From: Microbacterium sp.
Lineage (GTDB): Bacteria > Actinomycetota > Actinomycetes > Actinomycetales > Microbacteriaceae
NCBI GenBank assembly: GCA_036280835.1
Contig: DASUQB010000271.1
Coordinates: 1 to 63,265, forward strand
Direction of reading: 5' to 3'
Length of the DNA: 63,265 nt
In this document: positions 10,622-20,576 of the stretch, piece by piece
Layout of the letters: each line of letters opens with the position of its first letter
How positions within the stretch are numbered: the first letter of the stretch is position 1
Program-made: the position numbers and the translations under genes
The notes under the pieces: generated by a model
Database searches by the model: none
Told to the model about the DNA's origin: nothing
Seen by the model: only the letters and a program-made list of their open reading frames with translations

Positions 10622-11560
10622 TCAAGCCTTCTCTCGGGTCAGCCGGCGCTGGATGAGCGCGATGATCAGCACCGCGACGAAGAAGATGAGCGAGATCGCG
10701 GCTGCGTAGCCGATCTCCTGCTGCTCGTATCCCTTGCGGACGGCGTAGTAGACGATCGTGGAGGTGGCGTTCACGGGCCCGCCCTGGGTCATGACGTCGA
10801 TCTGCACGAACAGTCCGAGCGCCTGGATCGTGATCGTGACGAGCACGAAGACCATCGTCGGCCTGAGCCCCGGCCACGTCACATTGCGGAATTGCTGCCA
10901 GTGGCTGGCACCGTCCATCCGCGCGGCCTCGTACAGCTCTTCGGGGATCGTCTGAAGCCCCGACAGCCAGATGATCATGTGGAAGCCCACGGCCTGCCAG
11001 ATCGAGAGGACGATGATCGCTCCGAGGGCGGTGCTGGGGTTGTTGAGCCAATCCGTCCCCTCCCAGGCGCCGAAGCTGAGCGTGTTGATCATCGAGTTGA
11101 TCAACCCGTTCTCCTGGTACATGAACTTCCACAGGATCGAGACGACGACGATCGACGTGACGACGGGGATGAAGAAGATCACGCGGAAGATCGTCACGCC
11201 CCGGAGCGTGCGGTTCACGAGCACGGCGAGCAGCAGCGCGAACGCCGCCTGGACGGGGACGACCACCAGGGCGAACACGAAGGTGTTGCCGACGGACTGC
11301 AGGAACACGGGATCCGTGAACGCGCGGACGAAGTTGTCGGCTCCGACGAACCTCGGAGGATTGGGCGAGATGAGCCGGGCGTTCGTGAACGAGAGGGCGA
11401 ACGCCAGGATGACCGGGATGATCAGGAAGAGCACGAGCAGCACCGCTGCCGGCGCGATCATCCCGAGACCGGCCCAGGTCTCCCGCCCCCTGATGGAGCG
11501 GAAGCGGCGGAGGGAGCGACGCGGGGTTTCCGCGGCGACCGTGGGAGGCGTGACAGTCAT
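10622..11560 (-). CDS. Carbohydrate ABC transporter permease (MalF-like)
   Basis: TM segments; ELYEAARMDGAS. Confidence 0.95.
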   Translation of the reverse strand: MTVTPPTVAAETPRRSLRRFRSIRGRETWAGLGMIAPAAVLLVLFLIIPVILAFALSFTNARLISPNPPRFVGADNFVRAFTDPVFLQSVGNTFVFALVVVPVQAAFALLLAVLVNRTLRGVTIFRVIFFIPVVTSIVVVSILWKFMYQENGLINSMINTLSFGAWEGTDWLNNPSTALGAIIVLSIWQAVGFHMIIWLSGLQTIPEELYEAARMDGASHWQQFRNVTWPGLRPTMVFVLVTITIQALGLFVQIDVMTQGGPVNATSTIVYYAVRKGYEQQEIGYAAAISLIFFVAVLIIALIQRRLTREKA

Positions 11561-11586
11561 GGGAGCACCTGGGATTCAGGAGGAAC

Positions 11587-11613
11587 GGTGGGGGGCGCCG
11601 GGCGCCCCCCACC
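11587..11613 (-). terminator. Intercistronic stem-loop after the solute-binding protein gene
   Basis: GGTGGGGGGCGC...GCGCCCCCCACC inverted repeat. Confidence 0.55.
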
Positions 11614-11619
11614 CGCTCG

Positions 11620-12909
11620 CTAGTTGAATCCGTACCCGTCGTTCGACTCGATGTTGGTGTCGATGCTCTCGACGGCGTTGTCCAGCGTGCTCTGCACGTC
11701 GGCGCCGTTCATGATGTCCTTCGCGGCCGTCTCGAACGTGCTGGAGATCACCGCGTAGGCGGGAGTCTCCGGACGCAGCACCGCGAACTTCTGCGACAGC
11801 TCCACGAAGGGACGCAGGACGCCCCCCTCGCCGAAGTACTCCGACGCCGCAGCGGCGCCTTCCGTCGCGGGAATGACGATCTGGGTGTCGGCGAACTCGG
11901 TGATGTACTCGTCCTTGAAGCTGAACTCGAGGTACTCGCGCGCACCGTCGGCGTCGTTGCATTCCGACGAGATGCCCCACTGCCACGAGCCGCCGCCGAT
12001 CTTGGGACCGTTGCCGAAGTCCGGCGGGGGCAGGATCACGAGGTCATCGCCGATGGCCTCGACCGATGCCAGCGCGTTCCACACGCCCGTGTAGCTGAGT
12101 GCCACCTCGCCGTCGACGAACTCCTGGTTTCCCACCGCGCCGCCGTTGGACGCGTAGCCGTTCTCGAAGAGACCCTGGAACCACTCGCCCCACGCGACCG
12201 CCTCGGGGCCGTTGAGGGCACCGTCGGACGAGAGCATCGTGTCACGGTCGATGAGGTCGCCCCCGAAGCTCTGCAGCATCGGAGAGTAGGCGTACGGCCA
12301 CCATTCGCCCGCGTCCTCGGCGCCGATGTCGATCGGAGTCTCGTAGCCGGCGGCCTTGAGGGTCGCCAGGGCGGAGTCGAACTCCTCCTGGGTCCACGGC
12401 TCGTCCACCGATGGGATCCGGATGCCGTTCTCATCGAGCACGGACTTGCGCGCGAAGATCGAGAGCGCGGCATCCCAGTAACCGGCGGAGTAGATCTCGT
12501 CGTTCCAGACGCCGACCGCGGTCGGCAGCAGGCTGTCGGTGATCTCGGTGGGCAGCTCCAGCGGCTGGAGGTACTCCGCCCACGCCCAGTTCGGCATGAT
12601 GGGGCCGTCGAGGTCCAGGAGGCAGGGCAGGTCGCCGGATGCCGCGGCAGCGACGATCGCGTCGTTGTAGGCGCCCTGCGGGAAGGATTCGTTGACGACC
12701 GTGTACTCGTCCTGCGAGGCGTTGAAGTCCTCGATGATCTTGTCGTAGACCGCGAGCTCGGCGGGATTTCCCGCGGAGTGCGTCCACATGGACAGCTCGG
12801 TCTTGCCGTCTTCCGTCGTGGTGTCCTGGCCCGCCTGTCCGCAGCCGGTCAGGGCGAGCACCCCGACGAGGCCTGCCGATACGAAGATCGGCGCAGTCCT
12901 GCGCTTCAT
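11620..12909 (-). CDS. Sugar ABC transporter solute-binding lipoprotein (probably fructooligosaccharide-binding)
   Basis: MKRR start with lipobox LTGC and RBS AAAGGA; family-1 solute-binding protein pattern; substrate inferred from context. Confidence 0.92.
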   Translation of the reverse strand: MKRRTAPIFVSAGLVGVLALTGCGQAGQDTTTEDGKTELSMWTHSAGNPAELAVYDKIIEDFNASQDEYTVVNESFPQGAYNDAIVAAAASGDLPCLLDLDGPIMPNWAWAEYLQPLELPTEITDSLLPTAVGVWNDEIYSAGYWDAALSIFARKSVLDENGIRIPSVDEPWTQEEFDSALATLKAAGYETPIDIGAEDAGEWWPYAYSPMLQSFGGDLIDRDTMLSSDGALNGPEAVAWGEWFQGLFENGYASNGGAVGNQEFVDGEVALSYTGVWNALASVEAIGDDLVILPPPDFGNGPKIGGGSWQWGISSECNDADGAREYLEFSFKDEYITEFADTQIVIPATEGAAAASEYFGEGGVLRPFVELSQKFAVLRPETPAYAVISSTFETAAKDIMNGADVQSTLDNAVESIDTNIESNDGYGFN

Positions 12910-13007
12910 GTGTGGTTTCCTTTTGTTGTGGTCGACGCCCGCGTCGACCCGATCGGGGGCCGCCGATGGCGGCCTTTCGGTGTTGTGAAGCCCGTCGCCG
13001 GTTTGGG

Positions 13008-14051
13008 TTAGCCGACTTTCGCCGGCGGCGGGCCTACAGAGTCTCGTCGGATGACGGGACATTCCATCAGGTGCGTGGCGTCCGTGTCCCCTCTCGCGCG
13101 GACGCCGAGCGCGACCTCCATCGCCCAGCGGCCCATTTCGTAATGGGGCAGCGCGATGGTGGTCAGAGGGGGGTCTTGGTCCGGGGCGATGAGCTGCTGG
13201 TCGTCGTAGCCGACGATCGACAGGTCGCGCGGGATGTCGAGTCCGCGGCGGCGGGCGGCCCAGTAGGCGCCGACGGCCATGCGGTCGTTGAAGCAGAAGA
13301 TGGCGGTGGGCCGCCGATCGGCGGGGAGGTCCAGGAGCGGATCCGCCGCATTGCGGCTGCCGTGCGGCGAGGAGTCGTCGCCGCGCACGTGCAGGGCCGG
13401 GTCGGGCTCGACGCCGGCCTCGGCGAGTGCCTCGAGGTAGCCCTCGTGGCGCAGTCGCGAGGCGACCACGACGCGGTCGTCGCTGTCGAGGTACGCGATG
13501 CGCCGGTGACCCGCGGCGAGCAGCTCCCGCACGGCGGCGGCGCCCCCGGCCCGGTCGTCGGGGACGACGCTGCGGGGGCTGCCGCCCACGGGCGTGCAGT
13601 CCAGGAACACGGTGTCCTCCGGCAGCCCGGCGGGGGGCACGATGACCTGGTGCCACATGCAGGCGTAGATCATGGCATCCACCTGCTGGGCGGTGAGCGC
13701 GGCGATGGCGTCGCGCTCGAGGTCCTTGTCGGCTCCCGTGTCGACGAGGAAGACGAGATAGCCCTGCTCTCGTGCTGCGTCCTGGGCGCCGGCGAGCATC
13801 CGGCCCGCGAACGGGGTGGTCGCGATCACGTCGGAGATGAGGCCCACCGTTCTGGTGCGCTGCGTGCGGAGGCCTCGCGCCACGGAGCTCGGGGTGTAGC
13901 CGACCTCGAGGGCGGCCTTGCGCACGCGCTCCCGCGTGGTTTCGGGGATGCGGGATTCGACGTCGTTGAGCACGAGGGAGACGGTGGTCGCCGAGACGCC
14001 GGCGGCTGCGGCGACATCCGAGATCCGCGCTCTGGCCACGTCTTCACCCAC
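13008..14051 (-). CDS. LacI family transcriptional regulator (first gene of the transport operon)
   Basis: HTH RISDVAAAAGVSATTVS; paralog of 4535-5587; start could be a few codons later. Confidence 0.95.
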   Translation of the reverse strand: MGEDVARARISDVAAAAGVSATTVSLVLNDVESRIPETTRERVRKAALEVGYTPSSVARGLRTQRTRTVGLISDVIATTPFAGRMLAGAQDAAREQGYLVFLVDTGADKDLERDAIAALTAQQVDAMIYACMWHQVIVPPAGLPEDTVFLDCTPVGGSPRSVVPDDRAGGAAAVRELLAAGHRRIAYLDSDDRVVVASRLRHEGYLEALAEAGVEPDPALHVRGDDSSPHGSRNAADPLLDLPADRRPTAIFCFNDRMAVGAYWAARRRGLDIPRDLSIVGYDDQQLIAPDQDPPLTTIALPHYEMGRWAMEVALGVRARGDTDATHLMECPVIRRDSVGPPPAKVG

Positions 14052-14063
14052 ATCCTTGTGCTT

Positions 14064-14079
14064 GGTAAATCGATTATCC
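14064..14079. promoter_or_regulatory. Putative LacI operator
   Basis: Near-palindrome GGTAAATCGATTATCC sharing AAATCGATT with 1027-1040. Confidence 0.65.
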
Positions 14080-14304
14080 TGGGATGAGTATGCAACCTCG
14101 TGGCGCGCGAGTCAAGCGATGTGCCCATTTTGATCGCCCGGATGCGGCCGCTGTCCACACCGCCGCAGAAGCGGGCGCGCGGGTCGCTCATCCCGCCGCC
14201 GGCGGGCACAGCTGCGGCGATCGTCCGCGACACGCCGGGCACCGGCATCCGCCTGCGGCGTGCCGGGCACGATGGCCGCAGCTGTGCTGTCGGGAGGCCC
14301 GTCG

Positions 14305-15360
14305 CTAGGGGCGGCCGGACGCCGCCCGCCGGGCCGAGGACACGGGACCCGTCGATGAACGGATGACGAGGGAGGGCGTGATCAGCCCGGCCTGCGCGCG
14401 CGCCGTCGGGTCGGCGATGGCCTCCATGAGCAGCCGCATCGCCACCGTGCCGAGCTCGTGGAAGTCCTGCCGCACCGTCGTCAGCGGGGGAAGGAAGTGG
14501 CGCGTGTCGGGGGCGTCGTCGAATCCCACGATGCTGATGTCGTCGGGCACGCGCAGCCCGCGCACCCAGAGCCCGTGGATGAGCCCGAGCGCCATCTCGT
14601 CGTTGCCGGCGAAGACGGCCGTGACGTCGTCGATGGCTTCGTGTTCGGCACCCACGCGATATCCGAAGTCGGAGGTCCAGTCTCCGACGATCATCGGCGA
14701 CTCGGGAAGGCCCGCCGCAGAGATCGCCTGGCGCCACGCCTCGGCGCGGGCGCGGGCGTCGAGCCAGTCCGGCGGGCCGGCGATGTGCAGGATGCGGCGG
14801 TGGCCGAGCTCCAGCAGGTGCTGCACCGCCAGAGCGGCGCCGGCATGCTGGTCGACCGCGGCGGTGAGGATCGACGGATCCGGCGAGGCCTGGATCACCA
14901 CGGTGGGCAGCGGCGGAAGGATCTCGCGCAGGGCCTCGAGCGATGCGGCGCGGGGCGCGATGACGCAGAGCGCGTCGATGCCCTGGGTGAGGAGGTTGTC
15001 GACTCCCTCCGAGATGCGCAGATTCTCGTCGTCCTCGACGGCGAATGCGCTGACGGCGTAGCCTTCGAGCCGTGCCGCGGCCTCCAGAGCCCGCAGGGTG
15101 CAGTTCGGTCCGTACTCGATCGGCCGGTCGACGAGCACGCCGACCCGCATCGCCCGGTTGGTGGCGAGGGCCCGGGCGATCGAGCTGCGCTTGTAGTTCA
15201 TCTCGCCGATCGCCGCGACGACACGGGTGCGCGTGGACTCGGTGATGTTCGGGTGGTCGTTGAGCACCCGGGACACCGTCATGTGCGACACGCCGGCGCG
15301 CGCCGCGACGTCGTAGATGTTCGGCTTGAGCCGGGGTCGGACGGTGTCGTCAAGGGTCAT
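14305..15360 (-). CDS. LacI family transcriptional regulator
   Basis: NIYDVAARAGVSHMTVSRV; AGNDEMA; PPLTTVRQDF; ATG at 15360. Confidence 0.93.
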   Translation of the reverse strand: MTLDDTVRPRLKPNIYDVAARAGVSHMTVSRVLNDHPNITESTRTRVVAAIGEMNYKRSSIARALATNRAMRVGVLVDRPIEYGPNCTLRALEAAARLEGYAVSAFAVEDDENLRISEGVDNLLTQGIDALCVIAPRAASLEALREILPPLPTVVIQASPDPSILTAAVDQHAGAALAVQHLLELGHRRILHIAGPPDWLDARARAEAWRQAISAAGLPESPMIVGDWTSDFGYRVGAEHEAIDDVTAVFAGNDEMALGLIHGLWVRGLRVPDDISIVGFDDAPDTRHFLPPLTTVRQDFHELGTVAMRLLMEAIADPTARAQAGLITPSLVIRSSTGPVSSARRAASGRP

Positions 15361-15494
15361 CGCGGTCTCGCTTCTGTCATCGACCGCATCGCAGAGGGCA
15401 TCGCCCGGGGGGAGCGCTGTCGGTGGGGACGGGAATGGGTGAAAGGGGACGCCGGGGCGACCCGCGGAACAGTCCGCGGGCCACCCCGGCGGCA

Positions 15495-17471
15495 TCAGCC
15501 GCAGCTCGTCGCGCCGAACGGCACGCTGCGCTCGAACGTCGCCTCGCCCGCGGATCCGGTGATCGCCACCGTCCCTCCCTCCGCGGAGACGAGCCGGGAG
15601 TTGAAGGCGATGGATGCCGCGCCCCCCGCCTTCACCCCAGCGAAGGACTTCGACCCGAACGGGGAACGGACGGTGACATCCGCCGCGACGTCGTCGGCGT
15701 TCCTGACCGAGACGGCCACGTACACCTTCCCGGCAACGCAGCGCGTCGCGACGGTCGGCACGAGGTCGAGCTCATCGGCCACCTCCAGCGGCGGCAGCTC
15801 GACGGTCACATGCTCCTCGACATTGCCGGCGGCATCCTGCGCCTGCACGTGAACGTAGCGGGGGGCCTCGGTCAGCTGCACCGAGAACGGCTCCTCGTAG
15901 GTCGCGTACATGTTGTTCGTCTCGCCGGTGGGCGACTCGTCCGGTCCGTCCGACCACACCGTGCGGGTGACGCCGGATCCGGGTTCCGAATCGGTCGGGG
16001 TGAGCGTCACGGTCGCCGACGTCCCCTCGACCACGACGTACTCGACGAGCGTGGTCGGGGCGATGGAGTCGACCTTGATCGTCTCGGCGGCCTCCCCCAC
16101 CGCATCATCGTCGCTGGTGGCCCGCGCGCTGACCGTGACCTCGCCCTGCGCCGACACCGAGAACGGCACGGTGTAGGGGGTCCAGACCTCGCCGTCGAGG
16201 CTGTACTCGATGCTCGCCACCGGGCTGGCCGTCGGCTCAGCCGTGATCGTGGCCGTCGGGGCCGCCGTGTACCAGCCCGATCCCTGCGGCGCCGAATCGA
16301 ACTCGATCGCCACGATCGGCTCGGCCTGCTCCACCGGCTCGACGACGAACACGGTCGCCACGGCGCCGGGGGCGTATCCGGCAACCGTTCCGTCCACGTC
16401 GAAGATCGCATCCACCTCGGCGTATTCCGACGCGGGAATGTCTTCCCATTCCACCTCGACGCCGCTGCTGGTGGTGCCGTCGTCGTAGTTCGTCACGACG
16501 GTGTCCGGCAGCACGGGCTCGACGCCGGGGGTCGTGATGGAGACCGTGTAGTCCACGCTCTCGATCTCGTCGGAGAAGGAGTCCGCCACGTGCACGGTCG
16601 CCGAGACCGCCTGCCCGTCGTACCCGGCGGGATCACCGGCGACGGTGAACTCCCCCGGAGCGGCATAGCTCGCCGCACCCACCGGGGCCCACTCGACGTC
16701 GACGTATCTGAGCGGACCGTTCTCGCCGATCACCCACACGCGCTCCGGAAGCGCGGGTGCCTGGCCCGTGGCCGTGCGCACCGCGACCGCCTCGGAATCG
16801 AGGAAGGCGTTCGGGTCCTCCGGCTCGGGCTCGACGACCGGCGCGTTGATGCCCCAGACCTCCCACTCGATGACGCTCGTCGCCTTGCGCTGCGTCTCGA
16901 ACACCACGCGGTCCAGCGTCAGCCGCACCGCCGTCGTGGTGACGGGCGTGAAGGTGGCCTCCACCATCGGCTGCGACCCGACCGGATTCGTCGTGTTGAG
17001 GACGGGGAGCGGGTAGCTGAGGTTCGGTCCCGTCATGGGCGCCCACTCGCCTGCGGGGTTGCGGTACTCGAGCTTCCAGCCGGCCGGGATCATGACGCCG
17101 GCGTCTCCGGTGAAGCGGTTCTGCCACAGGAAGAGGCGAGACGAGCTGACCGTGACCGGCTCCTCCCAGGTGTAGACCGCCCAGTCCTGGGTCGGGCTGC
17201 CGGGCGCACCCCACGTTCCCCACATGGCCGACAGCGTGTTCGTCGGGGCGCTCGCGCCGTTGTTGAGCGCCGCGGCCGAGTTCCATCCCGGCACGTAGTT
17301 CACCTCTGTGCTCGGGGCGTTCTCGCCCGAGGCGAGCGCCACGTTGAACGGCACGGGGTCGGCCGCCCCGGCGGGAAGCGCCGCGGCTCCCGCCCCGAGC
17401 AGCGCCAGCGACACCGCGACCGCGGCCGCGAGCCCCCTCACGCCTGACCTGCGGGAACGAAGCTCGCGCAT
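15495..17471 (-). CDS. Secreted non-catalytic multidomain protein: discoidin/CBM32-like domain, two Big_4-like Ig domains, a beta-rich domain and the C-terminal RCVAGK domain
   Basis: Signal peptide; NVAL...WN...EWEV domain; two P-x-LP-x-x-V repeats; no recognisable GH catalytic motif; RBS GGAGAGG before ATG 17471. Confidence 0.75.
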   Translation of the reverse strand: MRELRSRRSGVRGLAAAVAVSLALLGAGAAALPAGAADPVPFNVALASGENAPSTEVNYVPGWNSAAALNNGASAPTNTLSAMWGTWGAPGSPTQDWAVYTWEEPVTVSSSRLFLWQNRFTGDAGVMIPAGWKLEYRNPAGEWAPMTGPNLSYPLPVLNTTNPVGSQPMVEATFTPVTTTAVRLTLDRVVFETQRKATSVIEWEVWGINAPVVEPEPEDPNAFLDSEAVAVRTATGQAPALPERVWVIGENGPLRYVDVEWAPVGAASYAAPGEFTVAGDPAGYDGQAVSATVHVADSFSDEIESVDYTVSITTPGVEPVLPDTVVTNYDDGTTSSGVEVEWEDIPASEYAEVDAIFDVDGTVAGYAPGAVATVFVVEPVEQAEPIVAIEFDSAPQGSGWYTAAPTATITAEPTASPVASIEYSLDGEVWTPYTVPFSVSAQGEVTVSARATSDDDAVGEAAETIKVDSIAPTTLVEYVVVEGTSATVTLTPTDSEPGSGVTRTVWSDGPDESPTGETNNMYATYEEPFSVQLTEAPRYVHVQAQDAAGNVEEHVTVELPPLEVADELDLVPTVATRCVAGKVYVAVSVRNADDVAADVTVRSPFGSKSFAGVKAGGAASIAFNSRLVSAEGGTVAITGSAGEATFERSVPFGATSCG

Positions 17472-17499
17472 GGATGTCCTCTCCGTCGTCGCCGACATG

Positions 17500-19806
17500 T
17501 CAGTTGCCCGAATCGATCGGCGCGCGGCCGGCCGCCAGCAGGATCTTCTGCCTGTTGCGGGACGTGAGCAGTCCGTCCGCGACGTACGCGTCGGTGACGT
17601 CGCCCACCGCGGCGAGGAACGCCGATCGGTCGGCGAACGGCGCCAGCGCCCAGATCTCGTCCAGCAGCGTGGTGCCGGAGCGACGGGGATTGGCCACCCC
17701 CGAGTCGCGCCCCGCGAACACCACCGACGGCTCGGTGCGCTGCACGTACATGTGGTACGCGATGTCCTTGCCGTTGTAGGCCGGCTCATACGTGAGACTG
17801 CCGATCGTGAAGACGTTGTCGGCCGTCTTCGACACGCCCCGGCTCACCGAGCCGTCCAGCGCCAGCTGGCCGGCGTACGACACCTTGAGGTAGCTCGTCG
17901 CGGAGCTGGCGGCCGTGAGCACGACGGGTCCGTACATCAGCGTCTGGATGTCGGCGCGGTCGTACGCGCGCTCGACGCGCACCGACAGCGGGATGCGCAC
18001 GGTGATCGTGTCGCCGACGGCCCATGTGCGCTCGATCGCCGCGTAGGTGCCGGGTTCGACCGCGATGCCGGCGTCTGCTCCGTTGACCTTCACCTCGGCG
18101 CCCCGCGACCAGCCCGGGATGCGCAGGTGCACGGTGAGCGGGCCCGTCGGCGCGGCCTTCACGGTGAGCGTGGACGTCTCCCCCTCCGGGTAGGACGACA
18201 CCTGCTCGAGCTGGAGGCCGGTCTCCTCCCACGTCAGGGTGGAGGCGATGTAGAGGTTGACGTAGAGCTCGGTGGCGTCGGCGGAGCGGAAGTAGATCCC
18301 CTCCTGATACTTGACGTGGCTCTCGAGCGCCGTCCCGCCGCAGCAGGTGCCGATGTTGCCGTTGCCGTACTCCTTGCGAGCGCCCGGATGCACGGGGAAC
18401 ATGTACAGGTTCTCCGGTCCGGTGGTCGACTCGCGGTTGCGCTTGCCGCCGAGGATGTGGTTCAGCACGGTGCGCTCGAAGTAGTCCATGTACTTCGGGT
18501 CCTGGTCGTTGAAGAACAGGTAGCTCGACACCTTGAGCATGTTGTAGGCGGCGCACGACTCGGCGTTGCGCGGGCCGATGTCGCCGGCCACCGCGCCCGC
18601 CGGGCCCCACAGCTCGCCCTCTCCCGTGCCCCCGTGGGCGTACGCGCGACCGGGCACGACCATGTCGTAGAAGCCCCTCGTCGCCTGCAGGAAGTGTTCG
18701 TCGTCCGTCGCCGCTGCCAGCTTCACGTATCCCGGGAACTGCGGGATGTGCTGGTTGGCGTGCTTGCCGTTGAGGGTGTCGGTCCCGGCCGCGCAGGCGT
18801 CGACGAGAGTGGTCAGCGTGAAGAGCTTCGCCGCCCCGAGGAACTCCTCGCGGTCGGGCTGGTTCGAGCGCCAGTACAGCTCGACGAGCACCTCGTTCAT
18901 GCCGCCGTACTCGCCGGCGATGTACGAGCCCCACATCCGTGCAAGCTGGGCCGGCGTGCACTTCGACAGGCGGCTGTACACCCAGTGGCCGATGCCCTCC
19001 GCCAGCTGGAGCGCCAGGGCGCTGCCCGCGAGGGCGTGGGCATCGAGCAGCCCCGCGAGGATCTTGTGGAGCGTGTAGTACGGCGCCCAGATCTCGCCGT
19101 ACGGCGCGAACTCCTCGAGCGCCGAGAACTGCCACTCGCCGTAGGCCGAGAGGAAGCCCGGGTGCGAGTACCGCGGGGCCCCCTCGAACTGCTGCGCGGC
19201 GAGCGCGGCCCGGCACTCCTCGAGCCCGTTCACCATCGCATTCACCTTGTTCAGCAGCGCGATCTCGCCGGTCGAGGCGTACGCCATCGAGAGCCCGCTG
19301 AGGAAGTGACCGCCGTAGTGCCCGCGCAGGGCGCCTCCTGCGCCGGCGGTGTTCTGGCCCCGCACGTATTCACGCGGCCCCCATCGCTGCAGGTCGGGGT
19401 TGGGTCCGTACTCCTCCCATCCCCCCGGCGGCGTGGCCCCCTTCGTGTCGAGGCCCGCGTTGCGGCGGAACACGGCGAGCAGCTTGTCGACGGAGTAGGC
19501 ACGGTTGAGGATCAGGGCCTGCTGCTGAGCGCGGGTGAACACGCTCTGGCCGAGGGTCACCGCGGCGAGGGGGAACGGGCGCACCGACCAGGCGTCGGGG
19601 TAGACGTCTACCTGTCCGGCCCGGACGACGTCGGCCGCGCGTGCCGGCCCGGCGGTGCGGAACGCCGACGGGCGTGGACCGGCCGGCGGGGCGGCGATCG
19701 CCCTGCCCGGATCCATCACGCCCACCGCCGCGGCCATCCCGGCGATGGCGAGACCGCCCCCGAGCACTCGCCGGCGACTGACGCCGGCGCGGTTTCCTTC
19801 AGACAT
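17500..19806 (-). CDS. Tat-secreted beta-L-arabinofuranosidase (GH146/GH127, DUF1680-type)
   Basis: SRRRVL twin-Arg signal; GHYGGHFLS, WAPYYTLHK, HANQHIP, ESCAAYNMLK and TCCGGT motifs. Confidence 0.85.
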   Translation of the reverse strand: MSEGNRAGVSRRRVLGGGLAIAGMAAAVGVMDPGRAIAAPPAGPRPSAFRTAGPARAADVVRAGQVDVYPDAWSVRPFPLAAVTLGQSVFTRAQQQALILNRAYSVDKLLAVFRRNAGLDTKGATPPGGWEEYGPNPDLQRWGPREYVRGQNTAGAGGALRGHYGGHFLSGLSMAYASTGEIALLNKVNAMVNGLEECRAALAAQQFEGAPRYSHPGFLSAYGEWQFSALEEFAPYGEIWAPYYTLHKILAGLLDAHALAGSALALQLAEGIGHWVYSRLSKCTPAQLARMWGSYIAGEYGGMNEVLVELYWRSNQPDREEFLGAAKLFTLTTLVDACAAGTDTLNGKHANQHIPQFPGYVKLAAATDDEHFLQATRGFYDMVVPGRAYAHGGTGEGELWGPAGAVAGDIGPRNAESCAAYNMLKVSSYLFFNDQDPKYMDYFERTVLNHILGGKRNRESTTGPENLYMFPVHPGARKEYGNGNIGTCCGGTALESHVKYQEGIYFRSADATELYVNLYIASTLTWEETGLQLEQVSSYPEGETSTLTVKAAPTGPLTVHLRIPGWSRGAEVKVNGADAGIAVEPGTYAAIERTWAVGDTITVRIPLSVRVERAYDRADIQTLMYGPVVLTAASSATSYLKVSYAGQLALDGSVSRGVSKTADNVFTIGSLTYEPAYNGKDIAYHMYVQRTEPSVVFAGRDSGVANPRRSGTTLLDEIWALAPFADRSAFLAAVGDVTDAYVADGLLTSRNRQKILLAAGRAPIDSGN

Positions 19807-19855
19807 CGTGCTTCCCTTCATCGTGTGCAGAACCTGTTCCTTCGCCGACGCGCAA

Positions 19856-20473
19856 TCAGAACGCGTCTTCCCACAGCGTCAGCGTGAGCGTCGCCGAGTA
19901 GCTGCCGGGGGCGACGTCCACCGGTGTCTTGAGGTACAGGTCGGCGTTCGCCCGCCACTCCCCGACCGGGTGCCCGTCGCCCGAGTCGAGGGTGAGCGCG
20001 AGCAGTTCCTCGCCGATCAGGCCCACGTTGTTGGGGGCGGCGTCGAGCACCGTCTCGACGGTGTCACCCGGGATGACGCCCTCGCCCTCGGTGAGCAGAT
20101 CGGGCGCCCACCCGAGGTGCCCGGCGCTGATCTCCGGCACCCCGGCCGCCGTGAACGCCGAGGACTGCCCCGTGACGTACCAGAACACCCCCTCGGGCAC
20201 CTCTTCGCGGTCATCGGCGACGGTGACCGTCGGCAGCGTGCCGTCGAACCGGCGGATCTCGGGGTCGCCCGAGTCGACCTCGGTCAGCGAGGTCGATGAC
20301 TGGGCGACGCTCATCGTGAGGGCGCCGACAGGTGGCACCTCGGAGATCTCGACATTCACCTCCACGGCGTCCTCTTCGAGCTCGTCTGCGATCGCCGCTC
20401 CGGCGACGCCGATGAGCAGCAGCCCTCCGAAGGCCCCGGCCGCGGTGCGTGCCAGCATTCCTCGCGTGTTCAT
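19856..20473 (-). CDS. Secreted WxL-like surface protein (copy 1)
   Basis: Signal peptide; TVTVADDR...WYVTGQ; C-terminal GSYSATLTLTLW resembles WxL-domain ends; close paralog at 40039-40653. Confidence 0.6.
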   Translation of the reverse strand: MNTRGMLARTAAGAFGGLLLIGVAGAAIADELEEDAVEVNVEISEVPPVGALTMSVAQSSTSLTEVDSGDPEIRRFDGTLPTVTVADDREEVPEGVFWYVTGQSSAFTAAGVPEISAGHLGWAPDLLTEGEGVIPGDTVETVLDAAPNNVGLIGEELLALTLDSGDGHPVGEWRANADLYLKTPVDVAPGSYSATLTLTLWEDAF

Positions 20474-20576
20474 GCCCTTCCTCCAGTTCCCGGCAGGCAG
20501 CTCCGCCTGGCCGAATCCGCGATCGACCGGTGCATCCGGTCGCACCGCCCGGCGGCCGGCCCTCGGCGGGCGGCCA

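Noticed and set aside
15495-15770. RCVAGK domain as a classical dockerin or sortase signal
   Set aside because: No duplicated Ca-binding DxNxD loops and no LPxTG-TM-basic tail
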